Assembly: GCA_029953675.1 (NCBI GenBank)
Contig: JAMWBK010000009.1
Span: 1,178,001-1,242,000, forward strand
Direction: 5' to 3'
Source: Rhodosorus marinus CCMP1338
Lineage: Eukaryota; Plantae; Rhodophyta
DNA: 64,000 nt
The notes under the pieces were generated by a model that was given only the letters and a program-made list of their open reading frames with translations, ran no database searches and was not told where the DNA came from. A program made the position numbers and the translations under genes. Positions 11,465 through 23,974 of the stretch are shown here, in pieces. The first letter of the stretch is position 1. Every line of letters begins with the position of its first letter.

Positions 11465-13400
11465 TCACGTGATCACAGTTGGACCATCCCTTCCGGAAAA
11501 TTCTCCTACCTTCGTAAGCAGAAGCGCTACGTCCACCAGAGGTTGCATGGCCGATGTGGTTTCAACCGACTGTCGATCTTGGTCAGTTTCATAGTACTCC
11601 AGGTATATTCGAATTGTTGCCCCAGCAGATCCGGTTCCGGACAGTCGAACCACAAGCCGAGAACCGTTCTCAAAGAGGACTCGTATGCCTTGCTTTTCTG
11701 CCTTGCTCTTATCAACTGGGTCTACATAACTAAACTCGTCCAGGCTCTTGATAACAAAGCTGGTTGGCAAACACGTTAAACGAACGAAAAACCTCAGTGA
11801 AGAGTTGTCATACAACCAACCTGAGTCAAACGGTCACCTTACCCGCCTGGTAACTCTGTCGGGGGATTCTCTTCGAGCGATGTCAGGTAGTCCATCATTG
11901 ACTCTGCTCCTTCCGACTCAACGTTCTCGTAGTCATAGCGCAAGTACAAGTTTCGACCTGTTTGGGGTTACAACTCAGATAACTTCTGCGCGGCTTTCTT
12001 CCAAATTCGGAGCTTGGACGCTTACCGTATTTTGCCCAATGTTCTCTCACTATCTGTTCCACCCCAACTAGCTCACCTGTGGGTGTGCCTTCATTCCGAT
12101 AGGCAAGAATGGACAACCAAGCCAGAACCGCCCACAGGCCGTCCTTCTCCCGAATATGATTTGACCCGATTCCAAATGACTCCTCGCCGCATATGCTGAG
12201 CATTCCGGCATCCATCAAGTTGCCGAAATACTTCCATCCAGTCGGCGTTTCGTAGAGATTCAACCCTCGAGCGGCAGCAACGCGGTCAACTGCTCCGGAA
12301 GTTGGCATAGAGCGAGCGAGACCTCTAACACCATCCTTGAAGAATGGGATAGCACGTTCGGCATAGTCCGCTATAACTGCTAATGAGTCTGAAGGTGTAA
12401 CGAAAAAGCCTTTGCCTAGAATCATGTTCCTATCACCATCACCATCAGAAGCTGCTCCAAGGTCCGGGGCGGAAGGATTCTGGGACGGGTCCATAATCTC
12501 CAGTAGCTCTTTCGCATAGGTCAGATTGGGATCAGGGTGCCCACCCCCGAAGTCTTCCAGCGGAAGCGAATTGATTACAGTGGCCTGTGCAGCTCCCAAT
12601 TCCCCCACGAGAACGGCATCGGCACACAGACCGCCCGCGGCATTCATCCCATCATAACACAAACTGAAGTCCTCTCGAGCGATGAAGCTCTTCAGCTTGT
12701 TGAAATCAAAGCAGCCCCTTAGGACGTTGGCATGGTCGTCCGTTGAGCTGATTACTTCGACTACGAAGTTTCCCCCGTCAAACGACGTCTCGCCAAGTGA
12801 AGAAGTGTCCACATCTGATGGAAGATCGAGTGTTCGATACTGGTCGATATTTAATGTTCGTTCATAGACTCGATCAAGTAGGACCTCAGTAGCAGGAGAT
12901 CCGGACTTTGTGTTGTACTTAACCCCCCAGTCACCGTTTATTCCCCCCGGGTTGTGGCTTGCGGTCATAATGATGCCTCCAAACGCTTTTCGTTGAATAA
13001 TGCACGCGCTCACAGCGGGGGTACTCATGACACAGTCTTTTCCAACTATGACCCTTGCAACTGCGTTGGCTGCTGCCATTCTAATGACGGTCTGTGCCGC
13101 GATCTTGTTGTAGTAACGTCCATCGCCACCAAGAATGAGAGTTTTTCCTCGCAGCTCATCACCAAGGCAATCAAACAAGCTCTGGATCCAGTTACAGACA
13201 AATTTAGGTTCCTCAACCAGCACCGAAGTTTGTTTTCTCAGTCCAGATGTCCCAGTTTTTTGTCCAGCTATCGGAACCGTCGGCACAACCTGAACGTCCA
13301 GTCTGGAAACCACGCGGCTCCTGAGACACCTCCGCGATCGATCGGCCCTCAAACTGTGAGGTAAAATTGCGGGAATCGCTGAGACCCATCCTATGCTCAT
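11465..13400 (-). CDS. PGM: Phosphoglucomutase with transit-peptide-like N-terminal extension
   Basis: GQKTGTSGLRK, active-site TASHNPGG, metal loop DGDGDRNM, CGEESFG, GTGSAGATIRIY. Introns near 12030-11960 and 11840-11815; ATG at 13400. Confidence 0.93.
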
Positions 13401-13822
13401 GATTTTCTCCGTGAACATCCACAGCTTCTTCGTACTTCTTCCCCAATCGATCGACCCACCGCACCAGGCAACCGACCGAAGAGCGTCATCCCCACCCACC
13501 TTACAGCAATCTCATCCGATCTGCCATCCAAACCAAGACCTTCCGTTATATTTTAAGCCAATAATATATCTCCAAACGCCACAATGGATATTTAAGGGTT
13601 ATAGTTCGATAATAGTGATCATATCCATTCTTGATTGATGCAATCTAAACTCATAATATTCTTTAAAATATGATTCTGCAAGCCGTTACGCGTTTTCATT
13701 AGATGCTTTCTGCAATTCGACGATTTGATTCGAAACTAGGATTCAACCGCAAACGTACTATTGGAGGATGAATATTTCTAAATTATTTTAAGATATATAA
13801 TTGGCTATTCGAAAACCACTAA

Positions 13823-15463
13823 TCAACCATTCGCATCGATTTTCTCTTCGTTGAGTACTGCTCGTGGGTCGTCCAGGTGCTTGGCTTCCTCCTTCATCGA
13901 GGATGATTTGATCTCAAGCCCCCGCTGTTCAAGGCAGCTAATGATATGAGCTGCAGCTTTCATAGCGGGACTGTACTCTGGAGGGTGAGACTGAAGGAGA
14001 TTGTCTATTACCTTTGAGAGCTGAGCGGTCTGGCCCAAGCGCATGCCTGTCTCGTCGAACAGTGATCTGCAGTCCCTCACAAGAGATCCGAGATTATGAA
14101 AAAGTGAATTCTAGGAGAACTGTCTTTCGTTCTGGGAGTCGTATTGTTCTTGGCGTGGAAACATACCTGAGAGCGTTCGAGAGCTTATTAGGCTCACACG
14201 CGGTGCCCAGAAATTCGGGTATGATTTCCTTGTTTGCCAGTATGTTCGGTATTGACGCGTACCTTACTTTGGCAAGATATCTGCCCATGAGCGCGCGCAA
14301 CCCACCAGTCGAGTAAACTGACAACAAGGGTGTTCCCAAAGCCGCTGTTTCAAGAACCACAGTGCCAGAAACCGCCATCGCAGCATCGCAGGCCTAGAAT
14401 GGGTGGAGGATTTGCCGTGAGTTACAGCTGATGCGGGTCAAGCGGAGAGAGTATAGTAAACAGACCGTCACGGCCTCGACCATATTCGCACCCCCGCCTG
14501 GAACTAAAGTCACATCGACGCTTTTGTCCTTCGCGCAATAATCCTCAATCAACGACCGTACTGGTGATGCATACGGAAGAAGAGCACGCGACACTGATGT
14601 CTGTGATATCCACCATACTTCAGCTTTACGGTAGGAGGCAAAGCGTCTTTTTAGCTAGCTTCTCACCTGTCGCAGCACTTCGAAGAACAGGCCAAGATGA
14701 CTGGAAACTTCCTGAGTCCTGGAACCCGGTAAGAGCGCAACGAGCTTTTCCGTTTGCCCTACTCCATACATAGTCCTTATCCGCTTACGGATTTGTTCTC
14801 CAGCGACGGAATCCTTTCGAACATTAAGAAGTGCCCTATTATCGAGCAGCGGTGAGCCAACGTAGATTGTGTTCTCAGCTCCGAGCTCTTTCCAGTGTGG
14901 CTCCTCGAACGGGTACAGCAAAAACATGCCGTCGAAGAGGCTTGCGAAGCGACGAGAGCGATATCTTGGTCGCTTCCAAGCCCAAATTGACGGCGCAACG
15001 TATTGGAACATTGGAGGACTCGGCTCGTGCAAGTTCCTGTACTCATGTTTCAGCGATCTCGCAACCCTGCCGCTGAATCCGTTCGAATCTATGAACACGA
15101 TACAGTCCGGTTTTCCTTCTAGGGCTACGTTCACTACGCGTCTCTTGAGCTTCAGAAAGTGCGGAATCCTTGAGAATACTTCCTTGAATCCCATAAAAGA
15201 TAGCTCCTCTACCCAGAGCACAAATATGCGCAATTAGTTAGGCTCAGTCATTTCAGTCATACTTCTACTTGCGCGCACTATGCACAGAGCCGCTTACCCA
15301 TAGGGAAGATCTCTTTGTCCATCCCGTTTGAACGCATGAGGTCTCCACCGACTCCCCAAAACCTGACTTCACATCTGAGCTGCTTTCTCAGCGCAGATAT
15401 CAGGTGCGCTCCGATGGCATCTCCCGACGCCTCGCCCGCAACCAGCAGTACTTTGAGAGGCAT
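13823..15463 (-). CDS. lpxB: Lipid-A-disaccharide synthase
   Basis: Five exons. VLLVAGEASGDAIG, QYVAPSIWAWK, LYPFEEP, YVGSPL, LLPGSRTQEV, AMAVSGTVVLETAALGTPLL, SIPNILANKEIIPEFL. Confidence 0.92.
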
Positions 15464-15464
15464 C

Positions 15465-16081
15465 TCAGCTGGAGGGATCCGGTTTGGCCTCTGCCTTAGC
15501 TAACAACTCGGTGGTTATCCCACGGAATGTTCGGTCCATCACGAAGTCAACACCGTGGTCGATGGGTCCAATAATTACCGGAATAGATGCAAGCCCAACT
15601 ATAGTTGGCAACACAGCACTAGCCGACTTCCCTACACGACCTATCGAATGCGATTCTCCCCGCTTAGTACGAAGGCGAGCATCCGATCATCTGGTAGTTC
15701 ACGTAGTGCAGGAGCACGGACACACTTACCCAGTTTACAAGCACTCGAAGTCAGAGCAACAATTCGGTTGATAGTGATTCCTGGAACGATTACGCTCGCC
15801 AAACTCTGCCAAATAAGGGAGTCCCCAGCCTGTAATGCAACGCGGATCCTCGAGCCCTCCCCGGAATCTCTCTCCAATTCCTTCTGACACTGATAACACG
15901 CGTCGGCGACAACGTATCCGGATGAAGTGAGGTAGGAAGCCAAGTAAGATCGCCTGGAGACAAACCTCTTGAAGCTCTCCCCGATCTCATTTGCGTATCC
16001 CAAGTACCGAATCCATGTGTCCCGCGTCAAATTCTTTTCCTCAATTCGCAATACGTTCCCCACTCCGATCTCTGACTCCAT
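15465..16081 (-). CDS. MTFP1: Mitochondrial fission process protein 1 (MTP18 family)
   Basis: Exon 16081-15730 (RDTWIRYLGYANEIGESF; DSLIWQSLASVIVPGITINR), intron 15729-15641, exon 15640-15465 (PTIVGLASIPVIIGPIDHGVDFVMDRTF), stop TGA at 15467-15465. Confidence 0.9.
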
Positions 16082-16339
16082 AACCTCCTCGATGCAACTT
16101 TCGTCTGCAGGGCTCTTAAACTTAACTCTTCCGGTAAGCTTTGATAGAAAACAAAGTTCGCTCACTTCAATACATTCTGGAAGGAGCAGATTGCACTCCA
16201 GTAGCTCTCCTGGTTGGGTATGTTTGTTGATCACAGAACCCTCCTCTCTGGAAACCCTGGCGATCGAATACGACTTGCGCCATTTCCACGGCGTTCACAA
16301 ATCGCCGCCTGCGGCCATTGATCGATGCAAAAACTCCAG

Positions 16340-16382
16340 GACACGTGGTACTATTTTTGTGGATGATTTATCGACACGTGGT
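16340..16382. promoter_or_regulatory. Pair of G-box-containing direct repeats (GACACGTGGT x2) upstream of MTFP1/lpxB
   Basis: Identical 10-mers at 16340-16349 and 16373-16382 containing CACGTG, about 260 bp upstream of the MTFP1 ATG. Function is inferred only. Confidence 0.3.
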
Positions 16383-19300
16383 GTTATATTTATGGACAAG
16401 AGCAAAGGACAGCTGGTACCACACTCGATTGGTCGTGCCTGGTGTCGAGCGGTTCTTCTGCTAGGAGACGCAGTGGAACAGAGACTCAAGACCGAGTTCT
16501 GACCTCTAAATTGACGTTTAGCGCATCCCACCCCAATTCTGCGAAAGCGAGAGAATCTCATCGATGTCCTGGGCAGTGGGTCATTGGTGCTTAACCGCTT
16601 CATTCTCTTCTGCACTGCGCTGCACACTGCCTCGGTTCTCGAGGCGCCCCTCCTAGTTTCTATTAGTTCGGGGACCTTAGCCTCCGACTAAACCGATCTT
16701 ATCTGTCTGTCTATCTCATTACTCATCTGTGCGTCTATCTCTAACGGAATGACTTCAGAGCGGGTTTCATCCAAAGCGGCTGGATGCCTGGTTTGGCACA
16801 TGCCGCTATGAGACTGATACTAGTTCTCGGTGTATGTGTCAACGCCTTCTTGTATGGTCAAGCGTTTCCACTTTGCCGGCTAACACAACTCCTGCTGGCT
16901 TGGCGGAGCGTAGGTAAACCGTATCGGGTCATCCATTACTAAGTGCAGCAAGAAATCATCTAAAGGCAACACAACAGAATAGTTTCGATCAGCGTGCCGC
17001 ATCTGCATTGGATCCGTACTCTAACTGATCACGGAGGGTGACCATGTTTCGTATGACACGTGCATTGCTGCTTTACAATGTGTTAGAACTCTTTGGGGAG
17101 GTTCTCACACAATGTTCGTTGCGGATCAGGCGCACTGGGGCAAGACTTCGCGCAACAAGAGCTCCATGCACAATTTTGTCGGGAAGTCCACAGCCACGAG
17201 ACAAACTGTTGCGGACAAAGGCCGCCCGAAAGCAGCGACACCACTTCGAACGAAAGAGGACAAAATTCGAAAAGCACTGCAATAACCAGTTCACATCTCG
17301 CTTCGAAGACCGTATCAAGTCCATAATCAAAGTCAAGGCACGATTCACTACCCATACCAATGGCAGGTATTGAAACATCAACACTAAATTGCGCTTGCAG
17401 TCTAAAAACAACCGTTACTTCGAATGCGGAGGCCAAGCGTGCGCATTCAAAAAGCGCTGTTGCTTGGCTACCTTGCTCCCAAGACAGTCACAGAACTTTA
17501 TCATGATATGCCTGCTCTTCGCCAATGCCAAGGGCCTGTACTGTATACATCCGAACCGGGCCAGGACAGTCCTGAACCTGTCCTACTCAAACTGAAACTA
17601 GAATTGCCAAAATTGTATAGAGATCTAAGTACTGCTCCACCTTTTTCGTCCCTGCGCTTTCTCAGGACTTCCTGCGTGGAAAACGAAAATTAGGATACCT
17701 AGAACTTTCTCAAGATATATTTAGAATATTTCGTCTAAAACTAATATATAGTTTTCTTTTGAGCGTGCCATCTTTAAAATACGTAGAATTTCTAGATATA
17801 CTCAAACGGGTCTAAAACGAGTAGCAGACAGTTTCGGCGCGGAGGTAACAAAATAGAACAACTCCGTAACCCACAGCGTAAATACCTACCGGCAGCTCAG
17901 AAATCGAACAAGAGCTGAAATTATTTCCCAAAAGCATATAATTATGAATATTTATGCCAGATTTTATGCTAGTTACGGACAGTCAGAAACAAATTAATCA
18001 GTGTCGGACAGTGACTTTGTATTTGAATAATGGGAAAAAAACGAATGGACAGGAAAACGCGAAGTTGACGGAGAACCGCCCGGGGGCTTCATTTTTTGTT
18101 TCTATTTAGAAGATCGTTCGCCAGGTTCCTCTTAAGAAATTAAAGCTAAACATTATTACATTCGACTCATCAGGGAGCAGCTTGAAACTGTTAGCCAATT
18201 AGATTGAACGTATATTTTGCGCTTTGGGGTCTCTGACGTGCACCTTTTTTCCAAAGAATAGAGATAGATTACCAGACCAGCCTCCTCAATCTACGCACGT
18301 ATCTGTAAAAGAAGGACCCTGCTACCGATTTTAGGCTTTGCTTCATCCAGATCAAATTGAATACATTTATTATGATATATTTTTCCCCATTGCGAGAGCT
18401 AGGATCTAGGAATATCTAATTTTTCTTGAAAACGGAGAGAAACGTGCGTGTGTACCCTAGCTAGAAATGTTTGGGCAGGTATGGAAGCTCTAGACCTGGA
18501 ACATTGGAGTAAAAACATCGAAAATGAGCATTTTTAGGATTTAACAATCATATATTAATACCTCCATTAGTCTACTAATAGAAATCTGCTCTAAAACCTG
18601 TGTCGGATAGGGCTGATTAGGTGTGGTCTGAAAAACCGATGTGCACCAAATAAACCAGGAGCTTTGGAGTTAGTAGATGAACAGCGTAGAGACCCTTTTA
18701 GTTTTGGAATGAACGACCCCCCTCCCCCCCAAAAAACGCTGGAAGCTATATCCTCCATTCTACGCTCATGGAAAAATAAATATTTGGGATGGCTTTTGGG
18801 AGGTTTTTTCTTTCACATTTTGAATTACGGTCGACTAAAATAGCCTCCCTCTCCCCCTGTCGAGGTAGATAAGAAGCCACTCAGATCAACCGTAGATTCT
18901 CGACCAATAGTAAAACCTATTGATCACCGCCCTCAACAAACACGCTTGTCCCATTCGTTTTCTCCTTTTTTCTTGTTCACCTGGAGGGGAGAGCCTATTT
19001 TTCAGTCGACCGTAATTCAAACCTCGCCCAAAAAAAAACCAAAAAAACCCTCCATTCCACCCAAATTTCAGCAATGAAAAAACGGACAAAGGGTGTGTGA
19101 TCAAGCAAGCGCATCTATCACATTACTACTATGCGGTAGCAAAGAGCAAACAGGGGCTCCGTATTATCCGTTGTAACCTCATTAAAATGCTAAAATGCTG
19201 CGTCCAATCAAAAATAATTTGGAGGGGTTTTGTCCGCGATGAGAGAGATATATATTTTAATAAAATGAGTATTGATCGCTTTTTCTGGAACTAAACAATA

Positions 19301-20238
19301 TCCAATTATTTGTTAAATTTCGACAGAAGAGAAAACAAAAGCCCTCAATCATACCAAAAAACATCATTGATCTTCTAGTTTGGGGGGAAAAAAATGAAGA
19401 GGGTGGGGAGGGAATTGGACCCTTTCGAAATAAAAAACATTCAATTTATTATTATGGAATTTTTTAATACTTCTTGTCCGATGCCTAAGCTACGGTCAAT
19501 CCGTCCTTTTTTTGCTCGATATTTGGTTGTATAAATAATGGATGTTAGAATTGAATATAGCCTGGGATTCCGATAAAGGATAGGGAGGAGGGAAAGCGGA
19601 GGGGGGTAAGGATAGTCCATAAAAGCGTGCGGTGGGTTTTGAATAAATATTTGAAAGGGTTTTGTGATTTTTCGGTACTGTAGTGTTCTGCTAAGTAAAC
19701 CTAACATCGACGGGGGTGTCAGGATGGTGGGTAGGAAGGGTGAGAAGGGGGGGGAAGGGGGTGGTCGTGAGTACTGTTATCAGTCGATGGACTGGGGTCT
19801 TTATCTGGTGAAATTGTTTCCTTTTTGGAAATTTTGAGATTTGTTCTGAGTAGGGGAGGATGTGGGGGTGCGTACATTTCTGGGGTGGATAGACTTTTGG
19901 GGAGGGGGGGTTTGGGGCTGGGTTCTGGATTGGATTAGAGTGAACTCGAAAATTGAACAATAAATCAATGGAACACTTTCTCTGAGACTGGTCACCTTTT
20001 GTTGAAAGGTGCCAAGGATAGGGATAATCTATGCTTTTTAAGGGAGCGTTTCGGTGAAATGCGAAGTGCATATATGAGCTGGGTGGATTCTGTAACGGTC
20101 GGGGAAGTTCAACGAACTGTGTGCAAGGCGTGCTGGGTGTAGATGGTGTGAGTGTAGCTAAGCTGTGAGGTACCTGTGCTAGGTTTGGGAACGTATAGTC
20201 GTGATTGTAGTAGAGTACTGCTGTAGAGTTCGGAAAGC

Positions 20239-20914
20239 ATGACAGCCTACGTTAGGCCTGATGATTCGTGGCGGAGGAGTAGCCCACTTGCTGGTTTCGA
20301 CGTCGAGGGATTCAGTTCCCCGACCGGTTCGCCGCGGAGCTCCCCATCTGTTTCACAGAAGAAGGTTGAGGCAATTCATTTTCCAATCTCCCCGACCAGT
20401 GCAGTGACCAATACTGACTCGGACGCCAGCAGCGAAGAGGACCTCCAGTTTGGTAGCTTTGACATCGCAAAGAAAGTCACCGCTAATGGCCGGAGCCGCA
20501 GAAACCCCAACGTGTTCGAAATTGAAGGTAGACGCCAAGAAGTACCCGACAGGCCCTGCCGAGATTCACATCCCAGCAAACTGTCTCCTGGCGTTTTGAG
20601 GGTGAGCAAGCACGTTGGAGTTGGCCTTTTGGCTCAGGCACAGTGTCTCACGACCCGGTTTCCGTCTCTTTCGGCGAATCCAGAGGAAATACTCTCTGCC
20701 CGTGTCGGAGAGCCAAATGCGAAACGTGAGAGCTGATGAGGACGACCTGAGAACCCCACGAAAGCGTCTATCTGGTATCTTCATCGGACTTCCTGACCAG
20801 GAGCGCGAGTCATCCCCGTGGTTTAACGACTTGCCAGATAGGTCAAGCCAGAGGATGTCAGATTTTCTCCCCAGAGACTCGTCGAGCATATCTGATTCTG
20901 GAAGCGTACGCTAG
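20239..20914 (+). CDS. Orphan Ser/Pro/acidic-rich, probably disordered protein
   Basis: ATG at 20239. A GTGAGC donor near 20602 and a CAG acceptor near 20682 join ORF 20239 to the frame of ORF 20615, ending at TAG 20914. No family recognised. Confidence 0.5.
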
Positions 20915-22117
20915 GGTTTTGAGCAGCGAATGAAGATCAGCAGCAGTACCCCGGCAGTAGTCAAACCTAACAACTATGAATCGTTCCCCCTCGACATTCC
21001 TTTTCCGTGCTTAGGATACCAGCGCGAACAACGAGAAGGCGATGAAGATGTCTTCCCCGTGGTTCGCCGCAAGCGAAGTGAGACTTAACTCTGGAGGTCT
21101 TATGGGGAACGTTTATCGCTGTACGTGCTGATTGTTCTCTACTATTGTTCTCGTCGTCTGAAAACTAGGGCGTTTCCAACACGGACTACGACGAGTTCAT
21201 CACTAGTGTGAGGACTAGCCAAAGGTACTCGGCTAGGACTAAATACGCACACCCACGGACGCTTCACAAGCAGGAAAGCTGGGTCACCACTGTGGTTCGC
21301 AAGGCCACCTCGAGCAGCGCCAACACTGATTCAATGGAGAATTCTTCCGAAGGCGCCACGAAAGGTTTGTGGATTTGTTCGGGACTCAGGCCTCCCAATA
21401 CTAGTTCCTTACTAAGCCATTGTCTCTGTGATCCCAGGAAAGCGGGGATTTTTCCGCCGGGTATTCAAGAAACGGAGCGGCATTGAATGAATGACGCGAG
21501 CCATTCGCGGACGCCCTGGAGTCCGTGACCCCTTATTTCTAATTATCGAGCGAAATCTCCTTCGGTACCATAGACAAATTATGGTGGCCTCTACCCAAAA
21601 TGTTACTATATTGAACTAGAAAAGAGTGCGAGCAACCTTTCTGGTTATTTTAGACTCTTTTGTCTCCTATATGCTTTGATTTGGTTTTGGATTGCTCCAA
21701 GTTTGGGATTTGCGAGCAACCAGACATATATATATATATTGCCGACCATTCTATCGGGATGCTCAAGGGAAGATAGAATAAAGCAAGCGTTGACTTTTTC
21801 TTGAAGAGCCGCGGTAGCAAAACCGCTGTCCGAGCTTTTGAAGTTGACGCCGCAGTTGTAGAACCCTACGCCGCTCTATGCGGCTCCGGTGATCCGACTT
21901 TGGAGAGACGCATGTGAACTTCGAAATCGACGATGAGAATCATCACCGTATTTGTATTCAGGTTTGGCTGTGTTCTCCGGCTTGGGATTCTGCATTGCCC
22001 GAAACGAATGATTCTGGGGTCCAACGGGAGAAGTTAATTGTATGCTATCTCTTGTGTTTGCGATGGCTCGGATAAGGTTAGAGACATTTTTGTTTTCTTC
22101 ACGAAAGAAAGATCGAC

Positions 22118-23974
22118 TTAGAACAGCCGTTCAGTTGTCGCAAAATTGTTAAAGATAAGAGTGCCCAGAATATAGAATGCGATCGTAATGTAGAAGACCA
22201 GGTTCCAGGCATTGGGATAAGTATCTAGGATCAAGCCCGTTAAAAAGACCCCAACAATACCAGGAATAGCTGCAGCAGTATTCGTGATGCCCAGAAGTAC
22301 ACCCGAGATGCTCGGTCCAATGTCCTGCGTTGAGGAGCAAAGAGTCATACTTGTGAGGAGCTTGTCTACTGAAACCCTGGACCTGAGGATGCACGCGTAC
22401 CTGATGGTTTGAATAGACTCCGGCTTGGCAGAAGCTGCCCAGCCCTGTTGCCATGGCCAGGAGTACGACACACAGGGCTGGGTTGCTAGTCACAGTTTGT
22501 AGACCAAGGCACACAGCCGGGCCCAAGAAGCCTATTGTCTGCATTCCCTTTCGTACGGTATTTGTGGAGACTCCCCGGGAAACGGCAAAGTCGGCGAGGA
22601 AGCCACTCAAGTTGGCGTTGATGAACATGCTCGCCCACGGGATGATCGCCAGGAATGCTGAGCTGGTCATGTCAAAGCCGAGCTTGGAATTGAAATACGT
22701 AGGCGTCCAGGTTAGTAGCACAAAGTAACCCCACGTCAAACAGAAATGCGATATCATTAAAGCCCAAAACGGCCTGGAAGTAAATAGCTTTTTCCATGGA
22801 ATGCCTTCTCCCAAGGCTGTTCCCGATTCCTACCAAGCAAAACGCATTCAACCGAATTCAGTAGGTTAGCCTCATCGCAAGAATGGGACAACAGAAAAGT
22901 CTAGTGCACCGTTTCCAGAAGTCGTACCTCCACCCCAGCAGAAATATACCGGAGCTCCTGCTTGGATATGAACTTGCTGGTTTTCGGAGTTGCCCCGACC
23001 AGCGCTATCCAAAGCACTGACCAGACTAACCCAAGAGACCCGAAGATGTAGAATACGTAGTACCATCCGATCGACATGGTCAGGTTTGGGGAGGCCGCCA
23101 AGCCGAAAATTGACCCCAGATAAATACCAGAATAGATGAAGCCCAGGGATCGCGACCTTTCGGTTACTCTGATCCATTTTGATACCATTTGCGACATGGC
23201 GGGAAGGATTACACCTTCCCCAACACCGAGAAGACCTCTGGAGATGAGCGTGAGCGCGAGAGATCGATCCACGAGGTACGGAAAGAGCATGGTCATTGTA
23301 CTCCAAGTGAGCACTCCAAAGGCGAATACAACCTTTCCTCCGTATCTGTCTGCGAAGTAACCTCCGGGGATCTATAGGAATCGAGTGAGCCGGCTTAGAA
23401 ACTGGCTGTCGACGGAAAAGTGGGCTCGTTCGCACCGTCCAGCGGAAGTCAAGATCCTCACCTGTGTTAGCAGATACCCCCAGAAAAAGGCAGACTGAAC
23501 AAGACCGACAGTCACTGGGCTCCAATCATAGTATCTTGACAGAGGCATCATTACGACAGATATGTTGACGCGATCCACGTTCGTTATAACAAATGCGATG
23601 AAGCACATCACTACGACTTTGACTCGTTCACGCCACAGCGCAGGATGCGTCAAAATCCTGAGAAACTGAACCACCTGCTTCCTGGAGCCCACGCGCTCTG
23701 TGGGTTGCAAACCCTCACTGGATACGGAGACGATTGGTTTGGGTTTCGAGGGACCCTCATCTTCCTCTCGAACAATGGGAACGTTCTCTGACGACAATCG
23801 AACCACAGTCCTTCTACGAGTCCATCGCTTACAGCTGCTGGAGCTAGTCCTCGCAGGACCATCTAGCCGTTGACTTGAAGTTCCATATACAAACCCGCAG
23901 GTAGCGCTGCGCACCAGCTCCTTCTGCCTCATAGAGCACAAATCTGTTTCTCTGAACGAAGCTGCTGACAGCAT
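22118..23974 (-). CDS. SLC17/PHT4 (ANTR)-type MFS anion/phosphate transporter, probably plastid
   Basis: Multi-exon. ITNVDRVNISV, VQSAFFWGYLLTQ, RGLLGVGEGV, ERSRS, IPWKKLFTSRPFWAL, WGYFVLLTWTPTYF, NHQDIGP, GITNTAA. Start at 23974 or 23932. Confidence 0.9.

Noticed and set aside
15641-16234. N-terminal extension of MTFP1 in the ORF track (MINKHT...)
   Set aside because: Non-ATG start; the ATG at 16081 gives the normal MTP18 length.
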